Shown: one piece after another, positions 46,921 to 55,228 of the stretch
Layout: each line of letters begins with the position of its first letter
How positions within the stretch are numbered: position 1 is the first letter of the stretch
Source of the DNA: Candidatus Cloacimonadota bacterium
GTDB taxonomy: Bacteria; Cloacimonadota; Cloacimonadia; Cloacimonadales; JAIOQZ01
Length of the DNA stretch: 64,000 nucleotides
Direction of reading: 5' to 3'
NCBI GenBank assembly: GCA_021108395.1
Contig: JAIOQZ010000050.1
Coordinates: forward strand, 21 to 64,020
Program-made: the position numbers and the translations under genes
Notes under the pieces: model-generated
The model's database searches: none
Told to the model about the DNA's origin: nothing
Seen by the model: the letters and a program-made list of their open reading frames with translations, nothing else

Positions 46921-47484
46921 GCTATCCTCCTTGTGCGGATGTATATGCACCAATGATAAGGTTACTTGAAAGCTACTCTGCATTTCGTTCATTGTCAAGG
47001 CCGATTTCTCAGCAGAACCACATTTATTCATCCGTTGCTTGCACCCGAAAGATCAAGAATGCAATAACGATTTGGGATACCGCGCATCTGATTGAATAAC
47101 AAATGCATGCGCCAGAGCGAAACCGATTTTCCAGAAAGACGTCAAGGGTGTCTCTTTACAGCAAAGTGACACTTATGTTTTCATTTTGTGACAGCATGAT
47201 TTCACTACTTCCACTTGTTGAATGGACAGAGAGCGGCCTTATCTCTTTCATATCTCGTCGCTTAGGTGAAGTCTAACTTTGTGGCTGCAAGTGACGACAA
47301 TTTTTTCTTAAGGAAAATATAAAATCTCACCCCCCTTGGCGAGAGTTACTATCGCTCCCAATTCTGGAGCAAGGGTTGAACGCACTTAGAGTTAAGTCGA
47401 TAGTAGCGATAGTAGCTTTTTGGCAAGAACGGTTACTGTCCCGTCCTGAAATAGGTTGACCGCAAACTTGTTTTTGGAGATGCT

Positions 47485-47698
47485 ATGAGTCGACAAATTT
47501 CACGAAGGGCGTACCGCCGAAATCTTAAAGACCGGGTATTGAATGAAGTGTTGATTGGAGACCTTAATGTTGCAGAAATATCAGAGCAGTATAAAGTACC
47601 CCCTGGAACTGTTTACATAAGGCCGTATTTCACAAAGTGAAAACGCGAGATGGATACGCGAGAATAAATTACGGCCAACTCGTAGAGAAGTCATTTGC
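47485..47698 (+). pseudogene. IS3-family OrfA remnant (51-codon HTH ORF plus a conserved 68-nt block), 3'-truncated
   Basis: MSRQISRRAYRRNLKDRVLNEVLIGDLNVAEISEQYKVPPGTVYIRPYFTK* (47485-47640, GGAG SD). 47631-47698 matches the reverse complement of 41148-41220. Confidence 0.6.
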
Positions 47699-47705
47699 CA
47701 AGTTG

Positions 47706-47765
47706 GTGATACTATTTGCCACGAAAAGTGATACTTCTTGCCATTAGGGTTGATACTTCGCAACA
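47706..47765 (+). repeat. Three direct 16-nt repeats with 22-bp periodicity at the right edge of the AT-richer segment
   Basis: GTGATACTATTTGCCA (47706), GTGATACTTCTTGCCA (47728), TTGATACTTCGCAACA (47750). An inverted partial copy TGGCAAGAA lies at 47420-47428. Confidence 0.5.
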
Positions 47766-47778
47766 ACCTGCCAACATT

Positions 47779-47804
47779 CACGACCGGCCACATGGCCGGT
47801 CGTG
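47779..47804 (-). terminator. Perfect 11-bp hairpin just downstream of rocD (no clear U tract)
   Basis: CACGACCGGCC acat GGCCGGTCGTG, 20 nt after the rocD stop. Confidence 0.5.
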
Positions 47805-47824
47805 AAATAGTTGTCGAAAGCGCC

Positions 47825-49069
47825 CTACCGCAACTCGTCGAAGACCTCGCGGATGATGCCCAGCGCTTCGTCCATCTGCTCGCGGGTAATGACCAGCGGC
47901 GGCGCCAAACGGATGATGTCGCCGTGGGTGGGCTTGCACAGCAGTCCCTTCTCTTTGAGGCGCACACACACGTCCCACGCCTCGACGCCGTCTCTGGGAC
48001 GGATGACGATGGCATTGAGCAACCCCTTGCCGCGCACCAGATCGATCATCGGGTGGTCGAGAGCGCGAAGCTCGGTACGCAGATGCTCGCCCAGCTCGAA
48101 AGCCTTCTCGGTGAGGTTTTCGTCGCGCACGACCTCGAGCGCGGCGGTGGCCACGGCGCAGGCCAGCGGGAACCCGCCAAAGGTGCTGCCATGCTCGCCC
48201 GGCCCGATGACCAGCATGATGTCGCGGTCGGCGAGGATGGCCGACACGGGCAGAACGCCGCCCGAGATGGCCTTGCCCAATATGAGGATGTCGGGGCGAA
48301 CGTTTTCGTAGTCGCTGGCCAGCAGGCGGCCTGTACGGGCGATGCCTGTCTGCACCTCGTCGCAGATGAGCAGCGCGTTGTGTCTGGTGCAAAGCTCGCG
48401 GCAGCGCGAGAGATAGCCGTCGTCGGGCACGAACACGCCGGCTTCGCCCTGGATGGGTTCGACGAGGAACCCGCAGATGTCGTCGCCCTGTTCGCGCAAC
48501 ACCTTTTCGAGCGCGTCGGCGTCGTTGTATGGTATCTTGATGAATCCGGGGAGATATGGCCCGAAGCCCTTGTAGCTGTCAGGGTCGCTGGAGACGGAAA
48601 TGGCGGTGATGGTGCGGCCGTGGAAGTTGTTCTCGCACACGACTATCTTCGCCTGGTTCTCGGCGATGCCTTTTTTGTCGTAGCCCCAGCGGCGGGCAAG
48701 CTTGACCGCTGTCTCGACGCCCTCGACACCGGTGTTCATGGGCAACACCATGTCGAATCCAAAGAACTCGGTGATGAACTTCTCGTATGTGCCCAGGCAG
48801 TTATTATAGAATGCGCGCGAGGTGAGCGTGAGCTGTTTCGCCTGCTCGACGAGCGCCTCGATAATGCGGGGATGGCAATGGCCCTGGTTCATGGCCGAGT
48901 ATGCCGACAGAAAGTCGAAATAGCGATTGCCTTCGGGATCCCACACAAAGGGGCCTTCACCGCGAGCGATGACGACGGGCAACGGGTGATAATTGTGAGC
49001 GCCGCAACTCTCTTCGAGACGCATGGCCTCGTCGCTGCCGACGGGCCCGTAAACAAGTTTCTGGGGCAT
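47825..49069 (-). CDS. rocD: Ornithine aminotransferase (ornithine--oxo-acid transaminase)
   Basis: [60 protein letters not shown] and GKAISGG motifs. Confidence 0.9.
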   Translation of the reverse strand: MPQKLVYGPVGSDEAMRLEESCGAHNYHPLPVVIARGEGPFVWDPEGNRYFDFLSAYSAMNQGHCHPRIIEALVEQAKQLTLTSRAFYNNCLGTYEKFITEFFGFDMVLPMNTGVEGVETAVKLARRWGYDKKGIAENQAKIVVCENNFHGRTITAISVSSDPDSYKGFGPYLPGFIKIPYNDADALEKVLREQGDDICGFLVEPIQGEAGVFVPDDGYLSRCRELCTRHNALLICDEVQTGIARTGRLLASDYENVRPDILILGKAISGGVLPVSAILADRDIMLVIGPGEHGSTFGGFPLACAVATAALEVVRDENLTEKAFELGEHLRTELRALDHPMIDLVRGKGLLNAIVIRPRDGVEAWDVCVRLKEKGLLCKPTHGDIIRLAPPLVITREQMDEALGIIREVFDELR

Positions 49070-49233
49070 TTGTCCTCCCTGTCAAATATGTATTGATGCT
49101 CTGCATGTTGCTAAATCACCCGCTCGCGTTTGTGTCAACCCCAATTTTTCGCATAACACAATGAACCGCCCCCAACGGCGGCGCAAGTGGCTTTCTGCTT
49201 GACACCGCCGACAAACCTGCCGAAGGTGGTTGA

Positions 49234-49920
49234 ATGAATGAGCATCAGTCAGCCACATGGAACAACACCGCCGTCGTTATCCCTGCCTACGAGGCGAGCA
49301 GGCACCTTTCGAGCCTGTTCGAGCGCCTCGGGCGTGTTTGCGGTCTCGAGCGGGTGTATGTGGTTGACGACGGCTCGGTGGACGATACGGCAGAGTTGTG
49401 CAAGCGCGCCGGCGTGAGGTTGCTTCGCCACGCCGCCAACCGCGGCAAGGGCGCCGCCCTGCGCACCGGGTTGAGCCAGGCGCTCACCGACGGCTGGGAG
49501 TGGGGCCTCACCCTCGACGCCGACCTGCAACACGAGCCGGAAAGCATGCCGCGCTTTCTGGCCGAGCAACGCCGTTCAGGCACCGATCTCGTTTATGGCA
49601 GGCGCTGTTTCTCGCGCCGCCTCATGCCCTGGCCGCGCATCGCCTCGAACCGCCTCACCAGCCTCCTGGTGTCCATCGCCTGCCGCCGGCGAGTGTACGA
49701 CTCCCAATGCGGATTCCGCCTGTATCGACTGAACAGGTTGCGCTTCGCTGAATTACGCACCGAGCGTTATCAATTTGAGACCGAAGCGCTTTTCATGGTT
49801 GCCAGAGGCGGCGGACGACTTAGCTTTACTAATGTCCGCACAGTCTATGGCAATGAAAAAAGCCATATCAGGCACATGCGGGATATTAAAAATTTTGTGA
49901 GGATATTGCTTCATGCGTAA
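49234..49920 (+). CDS. Family-2 glycosyltransferase (polyprenyl-phosphate glycosyltransferase-like)
   Basis: VVIPAYEA, VVDDGSVDDT, NRGKGAAL, DADLQHEP. Confidence 0.85.
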   Translation: MNEHQSATWNNTAVVIPAYEASRHLSSLFERLGRVCGLERVYVVDDGSVDDTAELCKRAGVRLLRHAANRGKGAALRTGLSQALTDGWEWGLTLDADLQHEPESMPRFLAEQRRSGTDLVYGRRCFSRRLMPWPRIASNRLTSLLVSIACRRRVYDSQCGFRLYRLNRLRFAELRTERYQFETEALFMVARGGGRLSFTNVRTVYGNEKSHIRHMRDIKNFVRILLHA

Positions 49921-50218
49921 AGACACAGACAATCGCAATCGTTTCCTCGACCCTGACGAAGTGCATGACCTCCCCAACGAGCAGAAAGAATATATGCAGA
50001 AGATGGGCTTCAAGCCCTATCTCTCCCGCAGTGGCCGCGTCAAGTGGATCAAACCGGAACAGCACGGCTACAAGCGGTTGCAAGCATCGGCTTCCGGTCA
50101 CTCTCGCCGTACGCCTGTCGGCAACTTCCTGGCATCGAGGTTAGGCCAGTTCATTGCCATTGCCCTGGCGCTGCTGGCAATTGCCGCAGGTTTCTATTTC
50201 ATCATCCTACTGTTTTAG
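49913..50218 (+). CDS. Small hypothetical protein with a C-terminal TM helix
   Basis: 8-nt overlap with the GT2 gene. C-terminus is LGQFIAIALALLAIAAGFYFIILLF. Confidence 0.5.
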   Translation: MRKDTDNRNRFLDPDEVHDLPNEQKEYMQKMGFKPYLSRSGRVKWIKPEQHGYKRLQASASGHSRRTPVGNFLASRLGQFIAIALALLAIAAGFYFIILLF

Positions 50219-50225
50219 GAGCAAA

Positions 50226-50993
50226 ATGCACATCCTACTGACAAACGACGATGGATTCGACGCTGCCGGCATTGTCGCCATGCGCGAAGAACTCGTCCGA
50301 CGTGGCCACGATATCACCGTGGTGGCGCCCTTCAAACAGATGAGCGGCGCCAGCCACTCCATCACCATTCATGTACCTTTGCGGGTGGATGCAATCGAAG
50401 ACGGTGTCTTCGCCGTGCACGGCACCCCCGTTGACTGCATCACTCTGGCGTGCGAAGCGCTTGTGAAAACCGAGGTGGACCTGGTTGTCTCCGGCATCAA
50501 CGGCGGACAGAACATGTGCCAGGACGTGTTGTATTCGGGCACGGTGGCCGCCGCCATCGAGGCCATGATCGTGGGCTGGCGCGCCATCGCCACCAGCGCC
50601 TTCGGCTACCACGACCAGGACTACGAAAGCGCCGCATGGCACACAGCCGAACTCATCGACAGGGGCATCGCCAGTCTCATCGCCCCCGACGAAATCCTGA
50701 ACGTCAACTGCCCCAACCTGCCACGCGAAGCAGTGCGCGGCTACAAGGTCACTCGTCCGGGAAATCGCTTTTATGACGGCTTCGTGCGCGAGGAGCTCGA
50801 TGTCGATGGACACCGCTGCTTCATTGTCGGCGGCAATATGCCGAGGTGGGAGCAGAACCCCGACACCGACTACCACGAGGTTCACGCCGGTTTCGTTTCC
50901 ATCTCGCCTGTGTTTCCGGCCTTCCACAAGCAAAGCGCCGACCAGAAGGTGAGCAACTGGCTGAACGCTCAGGGGTTATTGCGTGAAGTTTGA
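50226..50993 (+). CDS. surE: 5'/3'-nucleotidase SurE
   Basis: MHILLTNDDGFDAAGI, SGINGGQN, YSGTVAAAIEA. GGAG SD before ATG 50226. Confidence 0.9.
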   Translation: MHILLTNDDGFDAAGIVAMREELVRRGHDITVVAPFKQMSGASHSITIHVPLRVDAIEDGVFAVHGTPVDCITLACEALVKTEVDLVVSGINGGQNMCQDVLYSGTVAAAIEAMIVGWRAIATSAFGYHDQDYESAAWHTAELIDRGIASLIAPDEILNVNCPNLPREAVRGYKVTRPGNRFYDGFVREELDVDGHRCFIVGGNMPRWEQNPDTDYHEVHAGFVSISPVFPAFHKQSADQKVSNWLNAQGLLREV

Positions 50994-51639
50994 AGACCAG
51001 CGCGACATCATGGTGCAAACGCAGATATGTCGCCGCGGCATCAACGATCAACGTGTGCTCGACGCCTTCCTCGTTGTCCCCCGCCATGAGTTCGTGCCAC
51101 ATGATATGCGCACCTATTCCTACAGCGACCACCCGCTTTCCATCGGTGAGGGACAAACTATCTCGCAACCATACATCGTCGCGCTGATGCTCGATCTGCT
51201 GCAGGTGCGCCCCACCGACCACGTTCTCGAAATCGGCGCCGGTTCGGGCTATCAGACAGCCCTGCTGGCCAAGCTTGCCGCCGAGGTGTATGCTGTCGAG
51301 CGCATCGATTCGCTGATGCAGCACGCCAAACGCCTGCTCAGACAGCTCGGATATGGCAATATCCACTTCCGCACAGGCGACGGCACACGCGGCTGGGAAA
51401 AGGCATTTCCGCCACGCGACGCCTTTGACCGAATAATCGTTGCGGCCGGCTCTCCGCAGGTACCGCAGCCGCTCATCAACCAACTGGCCGAAGGTGGCCG
51501 CCTGGTCATACCGTCCGGCACACGCCTGGCACAGGAACTGCTGCTCGTCACCCGCAGGGACGGCGAGATACTCATCGAAAAGCACGGCGGCTGCGCATTT
51601 GTACCGCTGATTGGAGAAGAAGGTTGGCCCGACGCCTGA
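50983..51639 (+). CDS. pcm: Protein-L-isoaspartate O-methyltransferase
   Basis: GEGQTISQPYIVALM, VLEIGAGSGYQTALLA, and the classical surE-pcm pairing. Confidence 0.9.
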   Translation: MKFEDQRDIMVQTQICRRGINDQRVLDAFLVVPRHEFVPHDMRTYSYSDHPLSIGEGQTISQPYIVALMLDLLQVRPTDHVLEIGAGSGYQTALLAKLAAEVYAVERIDSLMQHAKRLLRQLGYGNIHFRTGDGTRGWEKAFPPRDAFDRIIVAAGSPQVPQPLINQLAEGGRLVIPSGTRLAQELLLVTRRDGEILIEKHGGCAFVPLIGEEGWPDA

Positions 51640-52364
51640 CGCTGTTACTGATATTGTTCGCCCTCACCATAGGTCTGCCTGCCGGTGAGACCGAGGCCAC
51701 AGGCCTTTCGCCCAACGAGAACGAAACCGCAGAGCTGCCGACTGTAGATATCGAGACTGATGAACATGGACTGAAGATGCAGGTTACCGCCTGGGTGGAC
51801 GACGCCGGCATTCCCCCGCAGGCCAAAGTCTTTCTCATCGCGATGCTGCCCATCTTCGAGCTGCGCGGCGCCATCCCCTGGGGAATGACCATGGAGCGAG
51901 GCAGCATGAGCTGGCTCGAGCTATATCTGATTGCCGTGGCCGGCAACATGGTTCCGGTGTTCTTCATCATGCCGATATTGCGCCTGATGGAACGGCTTTT
52001 TTCACGCATCCCCGCCATGCGCCGTTTCCTTGACTGGCTGTTTGCACGAACACGCAGCCGCAGCGCGGTCATCGAGAAGTACGAGGAGATTGGGCTGATC
52101 CTCTTCGTGGCGATTCCACTGCCTGCCACGGGCGGCTGGACCGGCGCCATGGCCTCCTACCTTTTCGGGTTATCCTACTGGAAGTCCATATTGTTCATCC
52201 TGGCCGGCGTCTGCATCGCCGGAATAGTCGTCATGTTCCTCAGCTCGATGCTGCTTCAACTTGGACTGATGGGGCTGGCCATTCTGGTCGGTGGCGTGGC
52301 GGCCTGGCTCATCATCCGCTTCGTAAGGAGAAAGCGTCATGGGTCTGTTTCGCAAAAGCAATGA
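51624..52364 (+). CDS. Small multidrug-export-like membrane protein (COG2426-type)
   Basis: MLPIFELRGAIPWG and AVAGNMVPV motifs, multiple TM helices. The TTG start at 51624 is uncertain. Confidence 0.65.
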   Translation: MARRLTLLLILFALTIGLPAGETEATGLSPNENETAELPTVDIETDEHGLKMQVTAWVDDAGIPPQAKVFLIAMLPIFELRGAIPWGMTMERGSMSWLELYLIAVAGNMVPVFFIMPILRLMERLFSRIPAMRRFLDWLFARTRSRSAVIEKYEEIGLILFVAIPLPATGGWTGAMASYLFGLSYWKSILFILAGVCIAGIVVMFLSSMLLQLGLMGLAILVGGVAAWLIIRFVRRKRHGSVSQKQ

Positions 52365-52842
52365 CGAGAGCAAGTTTCCCGTGCTCAAGCAGGTAGGTTT
52401 TCTGCAACAGCTCAGCGGCCACGAACGCGCCCTGTTCTCGCACAGCCTCGACCGTCGCGACTTCCGTGATGGCGAATGGGTGTTCCACCAGGGCTTTCCT
52501 CAGGCCGTGCTGTTCATTGTAGCCACAGGCGAGGTGGAAATTGTGCTCGAATCGGCCGCCACGCAACCGGCTGTGCTGGACACGCTGGGGCCGGCTTCGT
52601 TTTTCGGCGAGACAGGTCTGTTCATCGAAACTCAGCGCACCGCCGGCGTCCGCGCCAAAGGAAACGCCACGCTCCTGGCCATCTCCCAGGAAGACTTCAA
52701 CCACTTCGTCCAGCTCAATCCTCGCGCCGGCATCAAACTGCTGTATGGCCTGGGACGACGGCTGAGTGAAATGTTGGCTCGCACCAACGATAGGCTGCTC
52801 GAACTCGGGCGGGAGACCGCTGATGGCCAACCCACAGGCTGA
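52339..52842 (+). CDS. Cyclic-nucleotide-binding domain protein
   Basis: cNMP-binding pattern FHQGFPQAVLFIVATGEVEI...SFFGETGLF...RTAGVRA. AGGAG SD. Confidence 0.8.
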   Translation: MGLFRKSNDESKFPVLKQVGFLQQLSGHERALFSHSLDRRDFRDGEWVFHQGFPQAVLFIVATGEVEIVLESAATQPAVLDTLGPASFFGETGLFIETQRTAGVRAKGNATLLAISQEDFNHFVQLNPRAGIKLLYGLGRRLSEMLARTNDRLLELGRETADGQPTG

Positions 52843-53956
52843 CCTGGACGACCACAACCGACGAACGAGAAGCGTCCGTAACGACATGCAAACACGAGGT
52901 GTTCGCATTGGCTGGTTCGTGTTGGTGGCAGCGGTAGCCGCCGGTACCCTAATGCTCTATTCGCGGGTGTTGCCCTATGTGCTCGCAGCCGCCCTTGCCG
53001 CCTATCTGCTCAATCCTGTCATCTACTGGCTCGAACGGCGACGCCTGCCGCGCTGGCTGGCCATTTGTCTCGTGTACGTCATTCTGCTTGCCGTTCTGGG
53101 GCTGGCGACATGGCTGATCGTGCCCCCGTTCCTGCAACAGGCCTGGGAAGTGACCGAAACCGCCGAGCGCTACATCCTGGCCGACAGCGCCCCGTTCGAT
53201 CTCAGCCGGTTTCCGCAGCTCGAACGGGTTGACGACTTCCTTCGCAACGCCGGCGCCCGTCTCGGTATCGACATGGAATCAAATCGCGCCGCGCTCACCA
53301 CTTCGCTTCAGGAATACCTCAGCGGTTTCCTGAACGGCCTCACCGACACCCTGCTTCGGCTGGCGGCGCTGGCCACATACGCCGTCACTGTTCCCATCAT
53401 GGCGTTCTTCATTCTGCTCGACCACCGAAAAATGAAACGCTGGTTTCTCAACTGCATTCCGAATCGCTATTATGAACTGACCGTACTGGCAATCGAGAAC
53501 ATTGATCGCACCATCGGCACATACCTGAAGGCTGTGCTGGTCGAGATTGCCGCTGTGGCTGTGCTATCGGCGATAGCGTTGCAGATTGTGGGTGTGCGCT
53601 ATGCGCTGGTCATCGGCCTGCTGGCCGGGCTGGCCAACGCGATCCCCTGGTTCGGCCCGGTGCTGGGCATGGCGCTGGCCGCCATCTCGGCGCTGCTGGG
53701 CGGTGGCGGCGTCTCGATGGCTGCCTGGTCAATCGTTTCGATGATGCTGGTGCAGGTTGTCGATAACAACCTCATCTACCCCATCGTCATTGGCAAGAAC
53801 ACCGAGCTGCATCCGCTGCTCATCATGTTGACAGTCATCGCCGGAGGCTATCTGTTCGGACTCATGGGGATGTTTCTTTCGGTTCCGGTGGTGTTCCTTG
53901 TGCGCGGCACTTTGCAGGTGCTGTACCACAACCTGAAAGCGTTCAACATCCTGTAG
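52823..53956 (+). CDS. AI-2E family transporter (PerM/UPF0118)
   Basis: ~8 TM helices and a NAIPWFGPVLG motif. Start is uncertain: ATG 52823 with a GGGAG SD, or alternatively 52886. Confidence 0.8.
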   Translation: MANPQADLDDHNRRTRSVRNDMQTRGVRIGWFVLVAAVAAGTLMLYSRVLPYVLAAALAAYLLNPVIYWLERRRLPRWLAICLVYVILLAVLGLATWLIVPPFLQQAWEVTETAERYILADSAPFDLSRFPQLERVDDFLRNAGARLGIDMESNRAALTTSLQEYLSGFLNGLTDTLLRLAALATYAVTVPIMAFFILLDHRKMKRWFLNCIPNRYYELTVLAIENIDRTIGTYLKAVLVEIAAVAVLSAIALQIVGVRYALVIGLLAGLANAIPWFGPVLGMALAAISALLGGGGVSMAAWSIVSMMLVQVVDNNLIYPIVIGKNTELHPLLIMLTVIAGGYLFGLMGMFLSVPVVFLVRGTLQVLYHNLKAFNIL

Positions 53957-54055
53957 CCGTACAGCGACTCCACAAAAAAATTCGGGAATGCGGTGTTTCA
54001 AGAGTCGGCGTGGAACAGGCTGTGAGTCGTTGTATCGCACCGTTTAACAAGACTG

Positions 54056-54080
54056 AGGCTTTGCCCCCAGCCTTTTTTTT
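54056..54080 (+). terminator. Weak hairpin plus T8 tract after the AI-2E transporter gene
   Basis: AGGCTttgcccccAGCCTTTTTTTT. Confidence 0.45.
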
Positions 54081-54159
54081 ATATCCCGCGCCTCATTCGG
54101 AATGAACCTTGCATTGTTATAGAGTCAAAATACAGACATACGTTATTTGGAGGATTAGA

Positions 54160-55206
54160 ATGAAACAACTGGCCATCTTGGTTTCCTTTCTGGCGCTCAT
54201 CGCCATCTTTGCCGCGTGTGCAAAGGCAAACGACCCCGCAGCGCCCGCAGGCGTACTTTCCATCGTGGCGCAACGCCAGTTCGCGGGCGACCCGCAGGAC
54301 TTCGTCGTCACCCAGGACTACGTTTATGTGGCCGAAGACCAGGCCGGTTTCTCGATCTGGCAGCGTGACGGATTGCAGCTCATCTCACAGAACTGGGATT
54401 ACGACGTCGATATCCGCAACGCCAAGTACATCAGCGTGGTGGAAGAATATGACCGCGTGTACGTTTACAACACAACCGGCACAGACGGCATCTTCATCAT
54501 TGACGTGAGCGATCCCGCCGCTACCGTGTGGGTCGGCCAGGACGTCGGCAGCACGCAGAATCTGGGCGGTATCCGCTACAAGGTCAATACACATGAATAC
54601 CCCGAGCAATATTTTGACGAGGTCTCCCAGATTGTCGGTATGCGCACCATAGACAACCAGTTTCTCTACGGCTACATCGAGATTACAGACACTGCGGACA
54701 TACCCAATGGTTCGCCCGACGACCTGCGCGTCACCCTGCCCAACGACCTGCGGGGCTTTGACGAAGATTTTCAGTATTTCTATCTCACAGGCGAGCAGCT
54801 TGGGCTGTATATCGTCGATAAAACCACCCACGCGCTTGGTCAGTGCGACACGCCCGGCGAAGCGCTGCAAGTGGCCGTGAACGGCGATATCGCCTACATA
54901 GCCGATCGCCAGGATGGCCTGGCGGTCATCGACATCAGTGACCGCGCCAACCCCGTGCTGCTCGATACCGGCTATAACACCTCCGGCTACGCCCAATCGC
55001 TCGACTTCGAGGGTGACTGGCTGGCTGTCGGTTCCGGCGGCGGCGGCGTCTATCTGTTTGACATCAGCGATCCCGCAGCGCCCAAGTTCGTGGACCGCAT
55101 CCCAACATCGGAAGTGGGCTACACCCGCTGCGTGGATATCCAAGGTGGCCGCGTCTATGTCGCCAGCCGCGACAACGGCCTCGTCGAACTCACCATCAAC
55201 CCCTGA
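54160..55206 (+). CDS. LVIVD-repeat lipoprotein (beta-propeller-like)
   Basis: Lipobox IFAAC after MKQLAILVSFLALIA. Repeats VYVAEDQAGFSIW, IFIIDVSDPAA, GLAVIDISDRANP, GVYLFDISDPAAP. GGAGG SD before ATG 54160. Confidence 0.75.
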   Translation: MKQLAILVSFLALIAIFAACAKANDPAAPAGVLSIVAQRQFAGDPQDFVVTQDYVYVAEDQAGFSIWQRDGLQLISQNWDYDVDIRNAKYISVVEEYDRVYVYNTTGTDGIFIIDVSDPAATVWVGQDVGSTQNLGGIRYKVNTHEYPEQYFDEVSQIVGMRTIDNQFLYGYIEITDTADIPNGSPDDLRVTLPNDLRGFDEDFQYFYLTGEQLGLYIVDKTTHALGQCDTPGEALQVAVNGDIAYIADRQDGLAVIDISDRANPVLLDTGYNTSGYAQSLDFEGDWLAVGSGGGGVYLFDISDPAAPKFVDRIPTSEVGYTRCVDIQGGRVYVASRDNGLVELTINP

Positions 55207-55228
55207 CATTTTACTATAGGAGCATCAC

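Noticed and set aside
47738-49096. Plus-strand ORF of 452 aa, and the minus-strand alternative frame 47778..48392
   Set aside because: They are shadows of rocD.
50235-51585. Minus-strand ORFs 50235..50933 and 50821..51585
   Set aside because: They are antisense shadows of surE and pcm.
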